DNA of 64,000 bases from Lingula anatina (taxonomy: Eukaryota > Animalia > Brachiopoda), in contig CM120646.1 of assembly GCA_051362555.1 (NCBI GenBank), positions 3,596,001-3,660,000 on the forward strand, in the 5' to 3' direction. The notes under the pieces are model-generated. The model was not told the origin of the DNA and ran no database searches. It worked only from the letters and a program-made list of their open reading frames with translations. Both the position numbers and the translations under genes were made by a program. Shown here in pieces: positions 53,166 through 64,000 of the stretch (its first letter is position 1; the number at the start of each line of letters is the position of its first letter).

Positions 53166-55712
53166 GTTGTTTACTATTGACACGTGATGCAAAGGAAATT
53201 TGACCTTTCTGCAACAAAAGAATCAGCTGTGATCATTCAGTTCAACTGCGTGCAGTAGGTTCCTGCCTTGTGAACTAGCACACCTACATGTAAGGGGTAT
53301 AAAGGTGATAATATTTTAGTTGGAAGACCAAAATAAATGTAAATTTACAGTTTTCGAAAGGATGCAGGAGACAATTTAGAATGTATCAATATAGGGTTGT
53401 CTTCTAGGGGTAATATCTATAGGAAGATTGGGCCGATGATTAAGTTGGGTTAAATACGTGCGTTATATTGGACCGGTATGTACCTACATTGACTTCTATC
53501 ATGATCAGTAGCATAGGAAGCAAATTTTAAGTGAGGGTTGGAGGGGGTACAATTCAGAGAAAAAGCTAACAGAAAGCGAAATATTTTTACCATTTAGAAT
53601 AAAGGTAAGAGAACGCGAACATCTTTTTTTCCATCCTCTGGTTCTTAGTGCGTTCAATGTACTAAAAATGTGACTCACGTGGCTGAAAATGTATGGGAGA
53701 TGATACTGCTCTTAGACCTACCAGTAAATGTACCTTATATACCAGCCCAGACATTGATGTCTGAACTCACCTGTATTTATCTCTAGCCTATTGCAAATCA
53801 ATGCTACACATTTGGTCATGGCCTAAATAGCGAAACCATAGGGAAGTCCACTTATTTGTCACAGTTCTAAAAATACATGGGCTTTTTAAATTATGAATAG
53901 AAGTGTGGTGAGCGTAAACAATGCTTAAAGCACTCTCCTGTCAAAAGACAATAGGTCGCGCCGTGCTTTATTTCGTGTAAAGTCACGTCACCACGAATGC
54001 GTTCCACGCACCAGTGCACAGGGTTAATTACTCATGCTTTAAGCCAGATAAAGCACTCGGCGCTGAGCTTTACGCGAAATAGAGCAGATAATTGTCTCGG
54101 CTTCGCCTCGCCAATTATCTGCTCTACCTTATGTCTACAAGCGAATATACCGACACTTGATACAAGTACTTTTACAGGTTATATGTCGTAGGCCAGGTTG
54201 AAATTCAAGTCCAAATTGTAAATATATTAATCACACCCCAACAAAACCATTTGAGTTTTACAGTCAATGGATTAGAACATCTTTGATCAAATATTTTCCA
54301 TATGGGTATAACTTGATTTTAATTTTTTTTTCTCACATAGAGGTTCTTTTAACTAATCTGTTAGCATGGCATGTACATAGTACTTTTAAAAAACATTTTG
54401 AAATTTCTGTGCTTCTTACATGGTTCTTCGAGTTAAACTGGGATGTACTCTCAGTAGATTTTGTTGACTGAGGTTCATGGATTAAGGCTTGTGACGCATT
54501 TAAGAAATGAACACAAATACTAAAATAATATTCTGAAAATATTGTACAAATTTATATCATTTTGTAAATATGTCAAAATACAATTGAATCAAAGTCACGA
54601 AGAAACAAAGTTTCGTTTATCACTATTCATATCTATTAATTGTATTGGGAACACAGCGCTTACTAGCTTTAATACATGTACAAGCAAAAAGCTGTTTTGC
54701 CACAAAGGCCAACGTATTTTAATGATAACATTTCTAATATTATTAATATTACTCTTCAGAGACAGCCAAAAGACGACTTGAACTACTAACTAATTTCATT
54801 ATATCATATGTAGTAAAACTTTTTTTCATTTGGAATAGTCCCATGGTATCGTGCAGCGCATTACAATACAGTCATTTTTTGTTTGATATTTGTTTGATGC
54901 AGCTGTTCTAGTGACATGATTGCACAAGTACATGTACGCCACACAAGACAAAACTTATTTTAGTCTTGGACTGCCAGTCAGATAAGATAAAGAAAGAGAA
55001 AAAATAAACAATCATCTCATACAATTATAAATATTGGATAATACAAGACATTTTGAAAGGAGATGTATGCCAGGAATAATAGTTCGGATTTCGGTGGATA
55101 TCAAAGCGGATATTTTGTGTCATCCTGTCACAGTTGTCGTATCACAATAGGAGGAAAGAAGCAGATTGCGTTAGATGTGTCTCAGGGCTGGTGGCGAAGC
55201 AATTATAATTGGAGAGGGGGTACCTGTTTTAGGTCCACAATATACATGGTATAATGTTATTTAGATTGCCCTTGGATCTTTCTAAGACGCTTAATGACCG
55301 AGAGATTGAAGAAGTCTTATATTTTTAAAAGAACTCTTCAGATTTTTTTTCAAAATCTCAGTACCCCGCAGCCTAAGCCCCGAGTTGTTCTAGGAGCATA
55401 ACACAACAGCAGGCTATGTTGTATGTTCAGCCGGTCATTTTGTTCAATCCACTCAATTAAAATGCCAATCAGAAGCTGTTTGTAATGGGACCCCAGTTTC
55501 ATTCTGTACTTTTTTTGTACTAGCACCGCTGAACAGTTTTTCAAAGAACAAAACCGTTTAATACTAACCTGAACATATTTTTTTGTTTTCGAAAAAAAAA
55601 AACATTTTTGTCACTATCAAATACACGGTAGTGGTATATACGATATAACAGATTTGAATCCTACAGACACCCATCCCTAAACTGCCAATTGTCTTTATTC
55701 TTGGAGCAAATG

Positions 55713-57891
55713 TCATGCTTCCTCCATCGAAAAATCTTCATCAACTTGTACACCAAGTCTATTCAAACGCGTCACTTCCATCTTTGCCAACATTTCGTTT
55801 TTCGTCGATGCTTTGACCTCACCAGCCATCTTGTAAAGCTTTGCCAGTTCCATATAAACTGTGAACGGCGTTTTAGACCTTGGGAATTGCTCATGAACCT
55901 GAGGAGTTAATTTGGCAGCTTCTTGAAAGTTGGACCGACTTTGTTCATATAAATTGCGATACTGATCACAGCAAAGAACCCCTTGGTGTGGTCTAACTGT
56001 CGCCTTGGGCATGGTGTTCTGTTCATTTTTGGGCAAAATACCAGCATGGTGTTCAAACACTTGTTCACATTCATTGCTTCTATTTTCAGTAATCGCTGTC
56101 TGTCTATTTGGTGCCACGTTTTCAGGGTCAACTTGTTGAGCCACTGCCTCGTATATTTGCTCAGCCTGTGCCTGTCCTAAATGCAGCAGGTGCTCAGCCA
56201 ATGTGAAATGATTAGGGGTATGTTCCCTTCGGGTGTCAACAGCTTTCTGAAAATAATCCTCAGCTTCAGGAAACTCCTTTTTCTTCATACAAACAAGTCC
56301 AAAATCATCATAAATGAGAGCTATTTCTGTCGTCTTTCCAATTTTCTGGCACATAGCTAATGCCTCTTGAAGCATAGGCAAAGCTCTCTCAGTATCCCCC
56401 TTTCTGACGTAAAACATCGCTGTGTTACTCAAAGAGAGAACCACGGCTAAATTGGGTTGTTTCATAAATTTTTGTTTGTATCTCAGACCAAGTTCAAAAT
56501 TCTTTAGTGCTCGGTCATCATCTCCCTGCTCAAGATATGCCATTCCCATGTTGTTGTACATACCACCGATGGAAGGATGTTCTCCAAAGTTGGATATGCG
56601 TAACTCTAAGGAGTGCATAAAATAGCGTATGGCCTCTTTAAGCTTTCCTGAAATTATCATGAATTAGGGCATTGTGATGTCATTCATTTTTTTAGCTTAT
56701 AAAATACAACAAAAAAAAAACAAAAAAAAACAAAAAAAAAACAAAAAAAAACAGCTGAATTTCATATACGTATACTAATACATGTACCACACATACTGGT
56801 AGCCTTTATCATACAACTGTGTTCATTTCCAATTTTATGCTCTAGTTCAAAAGCGCTAAAATTCTGAATGTGTGATGTGATGATTTTACTCACCTATCCC
56901 TGTAAAAACGAGGCCCAAGGTCGAAAGGGTTTGACACATAACAAGGTTTGTGTGCATTCCACCATCCGTTTCCAATTTGAATGCTTTCTGAAGGTACCTG
57001 TAAATACAACATCATCTATATTTAAAGGTACATATGAACCGTTGGAGCGTGGATTCCCAGTAACACATATAAACCAATTCTACCACCTGTAGTTTCTTAT
57101 ACAACTCAAATGAATTCGATATGCCAAGGAATAAACTGATTAAATCACCCAATCAGCCATAATAGAGCTTTAGTTTGCTCCCTTCTTTAAAAATTTGGTC
57201 AGAAGTAATCCTACTTATCTAACCTTTTTTCTGCCCCTTTTAAATACAGCAGAGAAAGCTAGCAGAAAAATCCGCTCAAATATCACTTTACGGGTAATAT
57301 TAGACAATGTATTCTGGTAATTCTCCTAGTGATACTGTTTGAAATTATAAGCTGGCATTTGGTTGGCTTCTGTGGCAAAATATCGACTTTATATGCAGCT
57401 TAAAGGTTACATTACTTATATAACTAAAAGCCAATATCCTACATGAGTCCTATAGGACACTATGGGACCCTAAAGAAATGATATTGCGCGTCCTATAGAC
57501 TTCCTATTCAGAAGACATGCTCTATAGGACCCCAGAGGTTTTTTGGGCCAATTTCCAATGGAACGACCAACAAGACCCTATAGGAATACCAGAAAGTGAT
57601 GTGTCAAATGTAAAAAAATTGTTTTATCTTGGAAGAAACGATCGAGTCTTAAATGTAATCACCTTATTAGAACACTGATAGATTCAACAAAAATTAATTC
57701 CATCACAGAGTGGGTTGGCGCAAAAGCTAAAGCTCATCCTTAACCTACCATTGTGACTTATTCAGGTCACCAGTCTTGTAGTAATTCCAACCCAGGTGCT
57801 GATACAGAGAGGCCATGTCTATAGGAGTTCCCTTGACGGAAAGAATTACCCTCGCCTTCTCATAATAATCTATGCCTTTTTGTATATCTCC
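55713..57891 (-). CDS. Tandem paralog of the NB-ARC-TPR gene, last three exons only (5' part outside the window or lost)
   Basis: Exons 57891-57749 (143 nt), 56997-56894 (104 nt) and 56647-55713 (935 nt) mirror the paralog-1 exons (143/104/938). Open frame, conserved splice sites and a shared 3' flank (tttttgtcactatcaaatac). Confidence 0.85.
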
Positions 57892-58294
57892 CTGAAATAT
57901 TACAAAGCCAGAACTACAATATTTACTATTTATGACCTTATTCGTCGTAAATACAACCGTTCAGCATAACTGAAATAATGATGGAATATACATGTTATTG
58001 AAATTAAATGCAAAGGCTTTATGTCTGACATACGGTATGGGCACGAGTGTATACGCAAAGCAATATCCTGGTGACAAATAATGAGATAAAAATAAATAGA
58101 TGAAACACCGAAATTAATAGGAGAAGTAACTGAATGACAGAAAATAAGTAGCAAATTTAATCCTACCAGAACACAAAACGTACGACATCTAAGATAGAGA
58201 CGAATACAAAATACCTCATTATTACTTCCCACTCATGGTGAGCTGAAACACACATCGAGGTAGGCCCTATTATATATATATATATATATATAGG

Positions 58295-58331
<37 letters not shown>

Positions 58332-58599
58332 CGTCCACGAAACTGTGTAACAGCACAGGAGTCGATCTCGTGAGCACGCCTTCCGCTTAGGATATGCATC
58401 GTATTTTGCTTTATATTCATACATTTTTGAAAATGTAACAATTTAATTTAAAAACACATACAAAAATGATCAGGAAAGAGTACACTTAACTTCACAGAGT
58501 TAAGAAAGCACACTGAATCGACAGTTTATAATCAACAAGATGAAATCCCCTCTTGTTTGCACGCTCTCCTTTTATAATATAGGCTACCCGTGTTTTGCT

Positions 58600-59990
58600 T
58601 CATATTCATTATAGTTAAGAATTTGAGTTTAACATGCAGTAAGCGACATCTTGTCTGGTGCTAAGCGATCCCAGAAAGGTCAGCGCGTTCGGCGCAGCGA
58701 AAAAAGGGGAGAAAACGGTAAATTTTGTATGAGATGGCTTGTGATTCTATAACCTAGATAGTGAAACAGCAAATATACACAATGTTCTGGTACGAACAAA
58801 AGTAAGGTTGAAACGTTTAGAAGCCTCAGAGGCCTCCGCAACTGCGGGCATTGAGCAACCACGTGGGTTTGCATCACTGGAAGAACCGAGGCCCACCAGT
58901 AGGCTATATCCAACGGTGCTCTCGGTGAGGAGCTACAGGGAAAGAAGGTACAGAAGGTACGTCTTCAAAATGAACTAAAATTAAATAAAACCCGACAGGG
59001 GGTAGCCTAAAGAACTCACAGCTAATAACATCGTAGCTAAAAGCGCTCGTTATATGTGGAAACGACTATGAAACTCCTAGCATCCCTGAACTCACCAGAT
59101 GAAACAAAGAGCCTCACTTTGAACAACAGAAGAAGAATTGGGGAATATTTTAATGATTCAGTGCGCTCACATGAAATATCTGCAGGAAGAATGCCACTCT
59201 GCTGGTGCAAAGCCAATGCCCTGATGGCATTGCAAAGTGGTTTCGAAATATAGGAAAAAATACGTCTACCTTCACACCCGAGGTATGTGACAGACTCAAA
59301 ACGGCAGCTGAAATAAATAAAGCTACCGACTCCAGAGACAAACAGCGTGGTATTGGCAGAGGCTACCCTTACCGTGGTGGCAGAGGCAGGGACAATTACT
59401 ATAACAGATTTGTAAAACCTGTCAATCAAGCAAATGATCAGTCTGAACTGGATCATGGACAGTAGCCCCAGGTGACTAAAATGACTTCACTTTCCAAGAA
59501 TATTGATTATTGGATAAAGACTGGTGCATCTGACTTTATACTGTCTGTCATACTTGAATGCGTTAAGGTAAAATTTCAAGGTACCCCAGAGCAATATGAG
59601 TTGCCAAATAGGCCAATAACTGAACAAGCACATGTCTTTTTAACTACAGTAATCAATTCACTATTTAAGTCGGGGTATGTATCTCTATGTAATGAAAAAC
59701 CACACTGCGTATCTATTATATACTGTATACCAAAAAAAAGAAAGGAAATTATAGACTTATAACAGACTTGCGCAAACTCAATAAGTCGTGCAACCCTCCA
59801 AAGTTTGTCAACGAGGATTAATAATCAGTGTCAAGAAGATTATACAGGCTAATGATGAGTTGGTAACTCTGGATATTAAAGATGTTTTTTTTTTCATGTA
59901 CCAATCCATAAAGATTTTAGAAAGTTTTTTTTTGGATTCTTTTTAAACCAAAAATATTATGTGTGGAAAGTGCTGCCTTTTGGCTGGAAC
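58600..59990 (+). mobile_element. Degenerate DIRS/Ngaro-type retrotransposon (gag-like region plus N-terminal RT)
   Basis: LSKNIDYWIKTGASDFILSVI, PHCVSIIYCIPKK, DLRKLN, LVTLDIKD.FFHVPIHKDFRK, YYVWKVLPFGW; frameshifted; truncated by the Tc1 at a TA. Left boundary uncertain (may reach about 57930). Confidence 0.8.
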
Positions 59991-59992
59991 TA

Positions 59993-61496
59993 CACACACT
60001 GGACAATAGAAGTGTCACCCCCTAACTCAGAGTAATAAAAGTAGGCAGATCTTGGGTAGTTATAATACCTGGTCCATGGAATTGTATTGTTGATCTTGTA
60101 CATGTACAGCAAATGTTATTCCTGTTTTCCTCCAATATGGCTAGATACAAGAAATTATCTAACGGTTATAGGTGCAAGTTATTAACCTGAAGAGGCGGAA
60201 TATAAGCAATGTCAGAATATCGATACAATTGAATTGTTCAGTCAGAACCGTGCAGAGGGTCTGGGGCCGGTTTCACAAAGCAGTAGTTAGTTAGCGATCG
60301 GTAGTTAGCCTATCGCTAGTTGGAGTGCCGTTTCACGAAGCAGTCGCTAGTTCTCTCGCTCGTTATTGTCTCGTTGTTGCCTTGGATATTTAACGACTGA
60401 TCAGACCAGTCGCTAACTCTAGAGTTTCATCGTACGCATGCGTAATGAGTGAAATAAAAAGATTGCTTAGTTACCGTTGTCTGTCGTTTGTCTTTGTATC
60501 CAATATGGCGGCTACTTTTCTTGCTATCCGTACCGCCAGATGGCAACGTAGACTACGACGTTTTCATGAAAGGCAGAATCTATTAGAATATACACACGAT
60601 GATGCAATTTACGAGAGGTTGCGCCTAGCTGTGACAAAAAGAGCGGCAAAAAGGTGGTGGAGATCCTTTACGACGACCTCAAAGCAGACGTTCTTATGCA
60701 TTTCCAGCCACCAAAAATTGGAGAGTTAGTGCTTTCGTGACACTTTTACGCAAGAGTTCCACTTCCGGCAGACGGTTTCGAGACTACGGTGAGTAACGAG
60801 AGAACTAACGACCGAACTTTACGACTGAACTTAGCGATGAGTTAACGACTGCTTCGTGAAACACCCCTCGAAAATCGCTAAGTTTGCTCGTTAGCGAGGT
60901 AGTTCAGTAGTTAGTTGTTCTAACTAACTACTGCTTTGTGAAACCGGTCCCTGGTCTCGGTATAGAAACACTGGATCAAGAGACAAATTGCCTCTTATGG
61001 GTCGTCCAAGAAAAACTACTGGCCGTGAAGACCGACGACTGATTTTGATGTCCAGGTTGTCAAAGTTCGACACTGCTTGTCAGTTGACAACATAGTGGAA
61101 CAATTTCACACATAAGAATGTGTCTGTGAAAATTGCTAGGCGTCGGTTACATGCTCATAGTGTGTACAGCAGGGTAGCAAGACCGAAACCTCTTATATCG
61201 TTACAAAACGGGCAACGTAGAGTGAACTAGGGTCAACAGGATCTGGAACTGAACAGTCCATGACAATTGGTCCTATATATATTTTTTCTGATGAGTGTCG
61301 CTTTGGTCTGACCTCTGATGACAGACGGTTACGATGCTGGCGAACTGCTGGTAAAGCATTTGAACCAAAAGCACTGAATTTTCGAACCCGGAGCAGCATA
61401 TTCATCATGGTGTGGGGCTGCATCAGCATCGCGTTGGCGAATTGATAGTAGTTGATGGAAACATGAATCACTAGAAATATATCGATGTTTTGGAGT
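59993..61496 (+). mobile_element. Tc1/mariner transposon remnant, interrupted by Harbinger elements
   Basis: TA|cacacactggacaatagaagtgtcacccc terminus. RTVQRV[insertion]WSRYRNTG...GRPRKTTGREDRRL, IFSDECRF, IMVWGCIS, VVDGNMN; stops and frameshifts. Confidence 0.9.
60264..60950 (+). mobile_element. Non-autonomous PIF/Harbinger element, copy 1 (complete, CTG TSD)
   Basis: ctg|gggccggtttcacaaagcagtagttagttag ... ctaactaactactgctttgtgaaaccggtcc|ctg; internal relic of a transposase N-terminus (RRFHERQNLLEYTHDDAIYERLRL). Confidence 0.9.
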
Positions 61497-61499
61497 CAG

Positions 61500-62089
61500 G
61501 GGCCGGTTTCACAAAGCAGTAGTTAGTTAGCGATCGGTAGTTAGCCTCTCGCTAGTTAGAGTGCTGTTTCACGAAGCAGTCGCTAGTTCTCTCGCTCGTT
61601 ATTGTCTCGTTGTTGCCTTGGATATTTAACGACTGGTCAGACCAGTCGCTAACTCTAGAGTTTCATCGTACGCATGCGTAATGAGTGAAATAAAAAGGTT
61701 GCTTAGTTACCGTTGTCTGTCGTTTGTCTTTGTATCCAATATGGCGGCTACCTTTCTTGCTAACCGTACCGCCAGACGGCAACGTAGACTACAAATGTAC
61801 GATGTTTTCATGAAAGGCAGAATCTATTAGAATATACACACGATGATGCAATTTACGAGAGGTTGCGCCTAGCTGTGACAAAAAGAGCGGCAAAAAGGTG
61901 GTGGAGATGCTTTACGACGACCTCAAAGCAGACGTTCTTATGCATTTCCAGCCACCAAAAATTGGAGAGTTAGTGCTTTCGTGACACTTTTACGCAAGAG
62001 TTCCACTTCCGGTAGACGGTTTCGAGACTACGGTGAGTAACGAGAGAACTAACGACCGAACTTTACGACTGAACTTAGCGATGAGTTAA
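61500..62089 (+). mobile_element. Non-autonomous PIF/Harbinger element, copy 2 (CAG target; interrupted at TTAA)
   Basis: Near-identical to 60264-60845; similarity stops abruptly after gagttaa. Confidence 0.9.
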
Positions 62090-62420
62090 AGGACAATGTT
62101 CATGTAAAAATCCATTTCTCGAATTTTGAAGATACAGCACTCAATCTATACACTAGAGGTATGTTTTAATCGATCCCCGCCATTTAAAAATTATAAAAAC
62201 AATCTATTAGTTGAAAAAAAAGCGTTTTAGTAAACCTCACCTCAATATGCAAAAATGAAGCAACAGATCTGGGTCACGTGGTACTGTGACGACAATCACG
62301 ATAAAGGTCTATGAGACTCAACTGAGCTGCATACAGACGGAGAAGTTAAGGAAAGTTGTGTTGAACGGAGTTGAGGAATTTTCGTTATGCCTCGGTGTGT
62401 TGCCGTGGGATTCACCAATA
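62090..62420 (+). mobile_element. Kolobok-like element left end with relic THAP start
   Basis: TTAA|AGGACAATG terminus; MPRCVAVGFTN at 62387 resembles a THAP N-terminus (MPxCxxxGCxN) with the second Cys lost. Confidence 0.6.
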
Positions 62421-64000
62421 TTGCAGCTCTCGTTGACAATCTTTCTTTGTCTGTGACGGTCTTCCGTGACTTACTTACTAACTTCGGTGACAATAGTTGC
62501 GATGCTCTAGATCATGGTCACCTCAGGTGGTTTAGATCATATCAAGAGCTGGTAGTCTTTCAGATTAATTGTCATCAGTTGGCAAACTTACTGATTGCTG
62601 ATGCATTTTAAATGCATTGTAGTTGACCAAAAGCTCGTTTACAACAAACCTGTTAATTATGCACCGCTGCAATTCCCAAGCCAGGTAATAACAGGTATGA
62701 AACTCGTCTTGGTGGGCTTTCATATTTTTCAAAATATCTCATTTATTTCAAGGGGTGATTTTATTGGTATTTGTAAATGACGTTAAATATCAATACTTAA
62801 ACAATTAAGTTCAAACACGGTCGCGAACATTAATAAAAGAAATTGCTCTCAGGGTATCTTGAAGCTTCCGTGGAAGAAAACGTGTTGAGGAAAAACAGGA
62901 AAAAGAGCGTTATATTAAAGAAAAAATGGGAACTGCTATAATAAAATGGTTCGTTATCCTAATTCGTTTATGCTTTGAGGATTTGTTTCTGAAGATTATT
63001 TCATCTGAAATATTAAATAATTTAAAAGATTGATTATTTTATAACTTGAAACGCAAATTCTGCGTCAGTACGCAATTTTTTTTTTTTTGCAAATTTGTAA
63101 GCTTATAACACCGTGCTATAAAGATCTACTCAAGAAAAAAATTTGCTTGGGTAAAATTGAGTACGGAATGAACTGGAGACACTTGGCTTGTCATTAAGTT
63201 TACACGAAAATATGTCAGGTAACTTTATACTGTCTTTGAAAGAGTAAAGATTGAAAGATAATTTTAGACAAACTTTGACGGGGGAAATACCTACAAAGAG
63301 TAATGGGCTATTTCGCCAACATCTTGTTGAAAATTTTACACTGCAATTCTATTCAAATAAGCTAAGGAACTAATTGCCAAATTAATAATCTCATCACATA
63401 ACAGGGGGGTAACCAGACCTGCAAAAATTGTACGCACATATTTAAAAAGATTACAAGCACATACAGCAAAATGTAGACTTACGCAAAACATGAAGGACAG
63501 CGTAATCACAGCAAATGTACCTCATATAGTAGCTTAATTTCCATTAATAATAAAATCATCATTTAAGTCAAAAATATTCTTGCGATTTAATAACTATTTT
63601 AATTTACCCAGAACGGTATATTTATTTTAAAGGCGGTTAACTGAAATATAGTTTTATGATTTGTTTGTGAAAATTGCCCATGTCACCCTGTTAGTTTGGA
63701 GGTCTAAGCTGGATCAAGTCCGTGTTAAAATTCCTATGAAGTTGTGCAGGAAAAATTCTTCCTTTCTTTCTCTAGCTCCTCGATAAACCTGGTGTTCAGA
63801 TTTTATCTAGTACCCCCAGGTCTACGGGAGCTGCGCTTTGTAACTGACGCACAGGTAGAATTTTACCTGAGATAACTGGAGTAAAGCTTAGATAGAGTGT
63901 GCGTTCGATACAAGCAAGACAAATTGAATGCCATTTAACCCTCTAATTAAGAGGTAAAGGAAGTTCCAGTTAGATGGATGATTAAGATGGGACTTGTAAA
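62420..64000 (-). mobile_element. Possible highly degenerate CR1/L2-type LINE fragment
   Basis: Minus-strand relics resembling AP-endonuclease motifs (RPGG, G-FNTDL, TRVT) at about 63680-63830; weak. Confidence 0.3.

Noticed and set aside
60445-60729. 94-aa ORF as a functional gene
   Set aside because: Internal relic of a deleted Harbinger transposase inside a non-autonomous element; disrupted in copy 2.

Overview
AT-rich, intron-containing animal genomic DNA, most likely a marine invertebrate (lophotrochozoan/mollusc-like; inferred from gene content and repeat style, not proven). All gene models were spliced by hand from GT-AG sites and checked for phase. (1) 3979-12027 (+): 8-exon, 837-aa receptor with signal peptide, EMI-like domain, long Pro/Thr mucin stalk, one Ig domain, TM and TIR. 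(2) 13407-19485 (+): 9-exon, 528-aa FAD oxidoreductase carrying bacterial CrtU (isorenieratene / carotenoid phi-ring synthase) motifs, plus a signal peptide and 7 N-glycosylation sequons; this is the most striking feature. (3) 32110-33662 (+): spliced 81-aa small-ORF gene with a tandem E-box module upstream. (4) about 38242-43104 (-): coiled-coil + BEN-domain gene with a duplicated exon and a possible 14-nt microexon. (5) 47858-53165 (-): 872-aa NB-ARC/STAND-TPR NLR-like gene with no visible effector domain and altered Walker motifs. (6) 55713-57891 (-): the three 3' exons of a tandem paralog of (5), whose next intron is filled by nested transposons (DIRS/Ngaro > Tc1 > 2x Harbinger > Kolobok-like > LINE). 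The remainder holds several MITE families, a Gypsy remnant, a fold-back element and microsatellites. No rRNA, tRNA or CRISPR array was seen.
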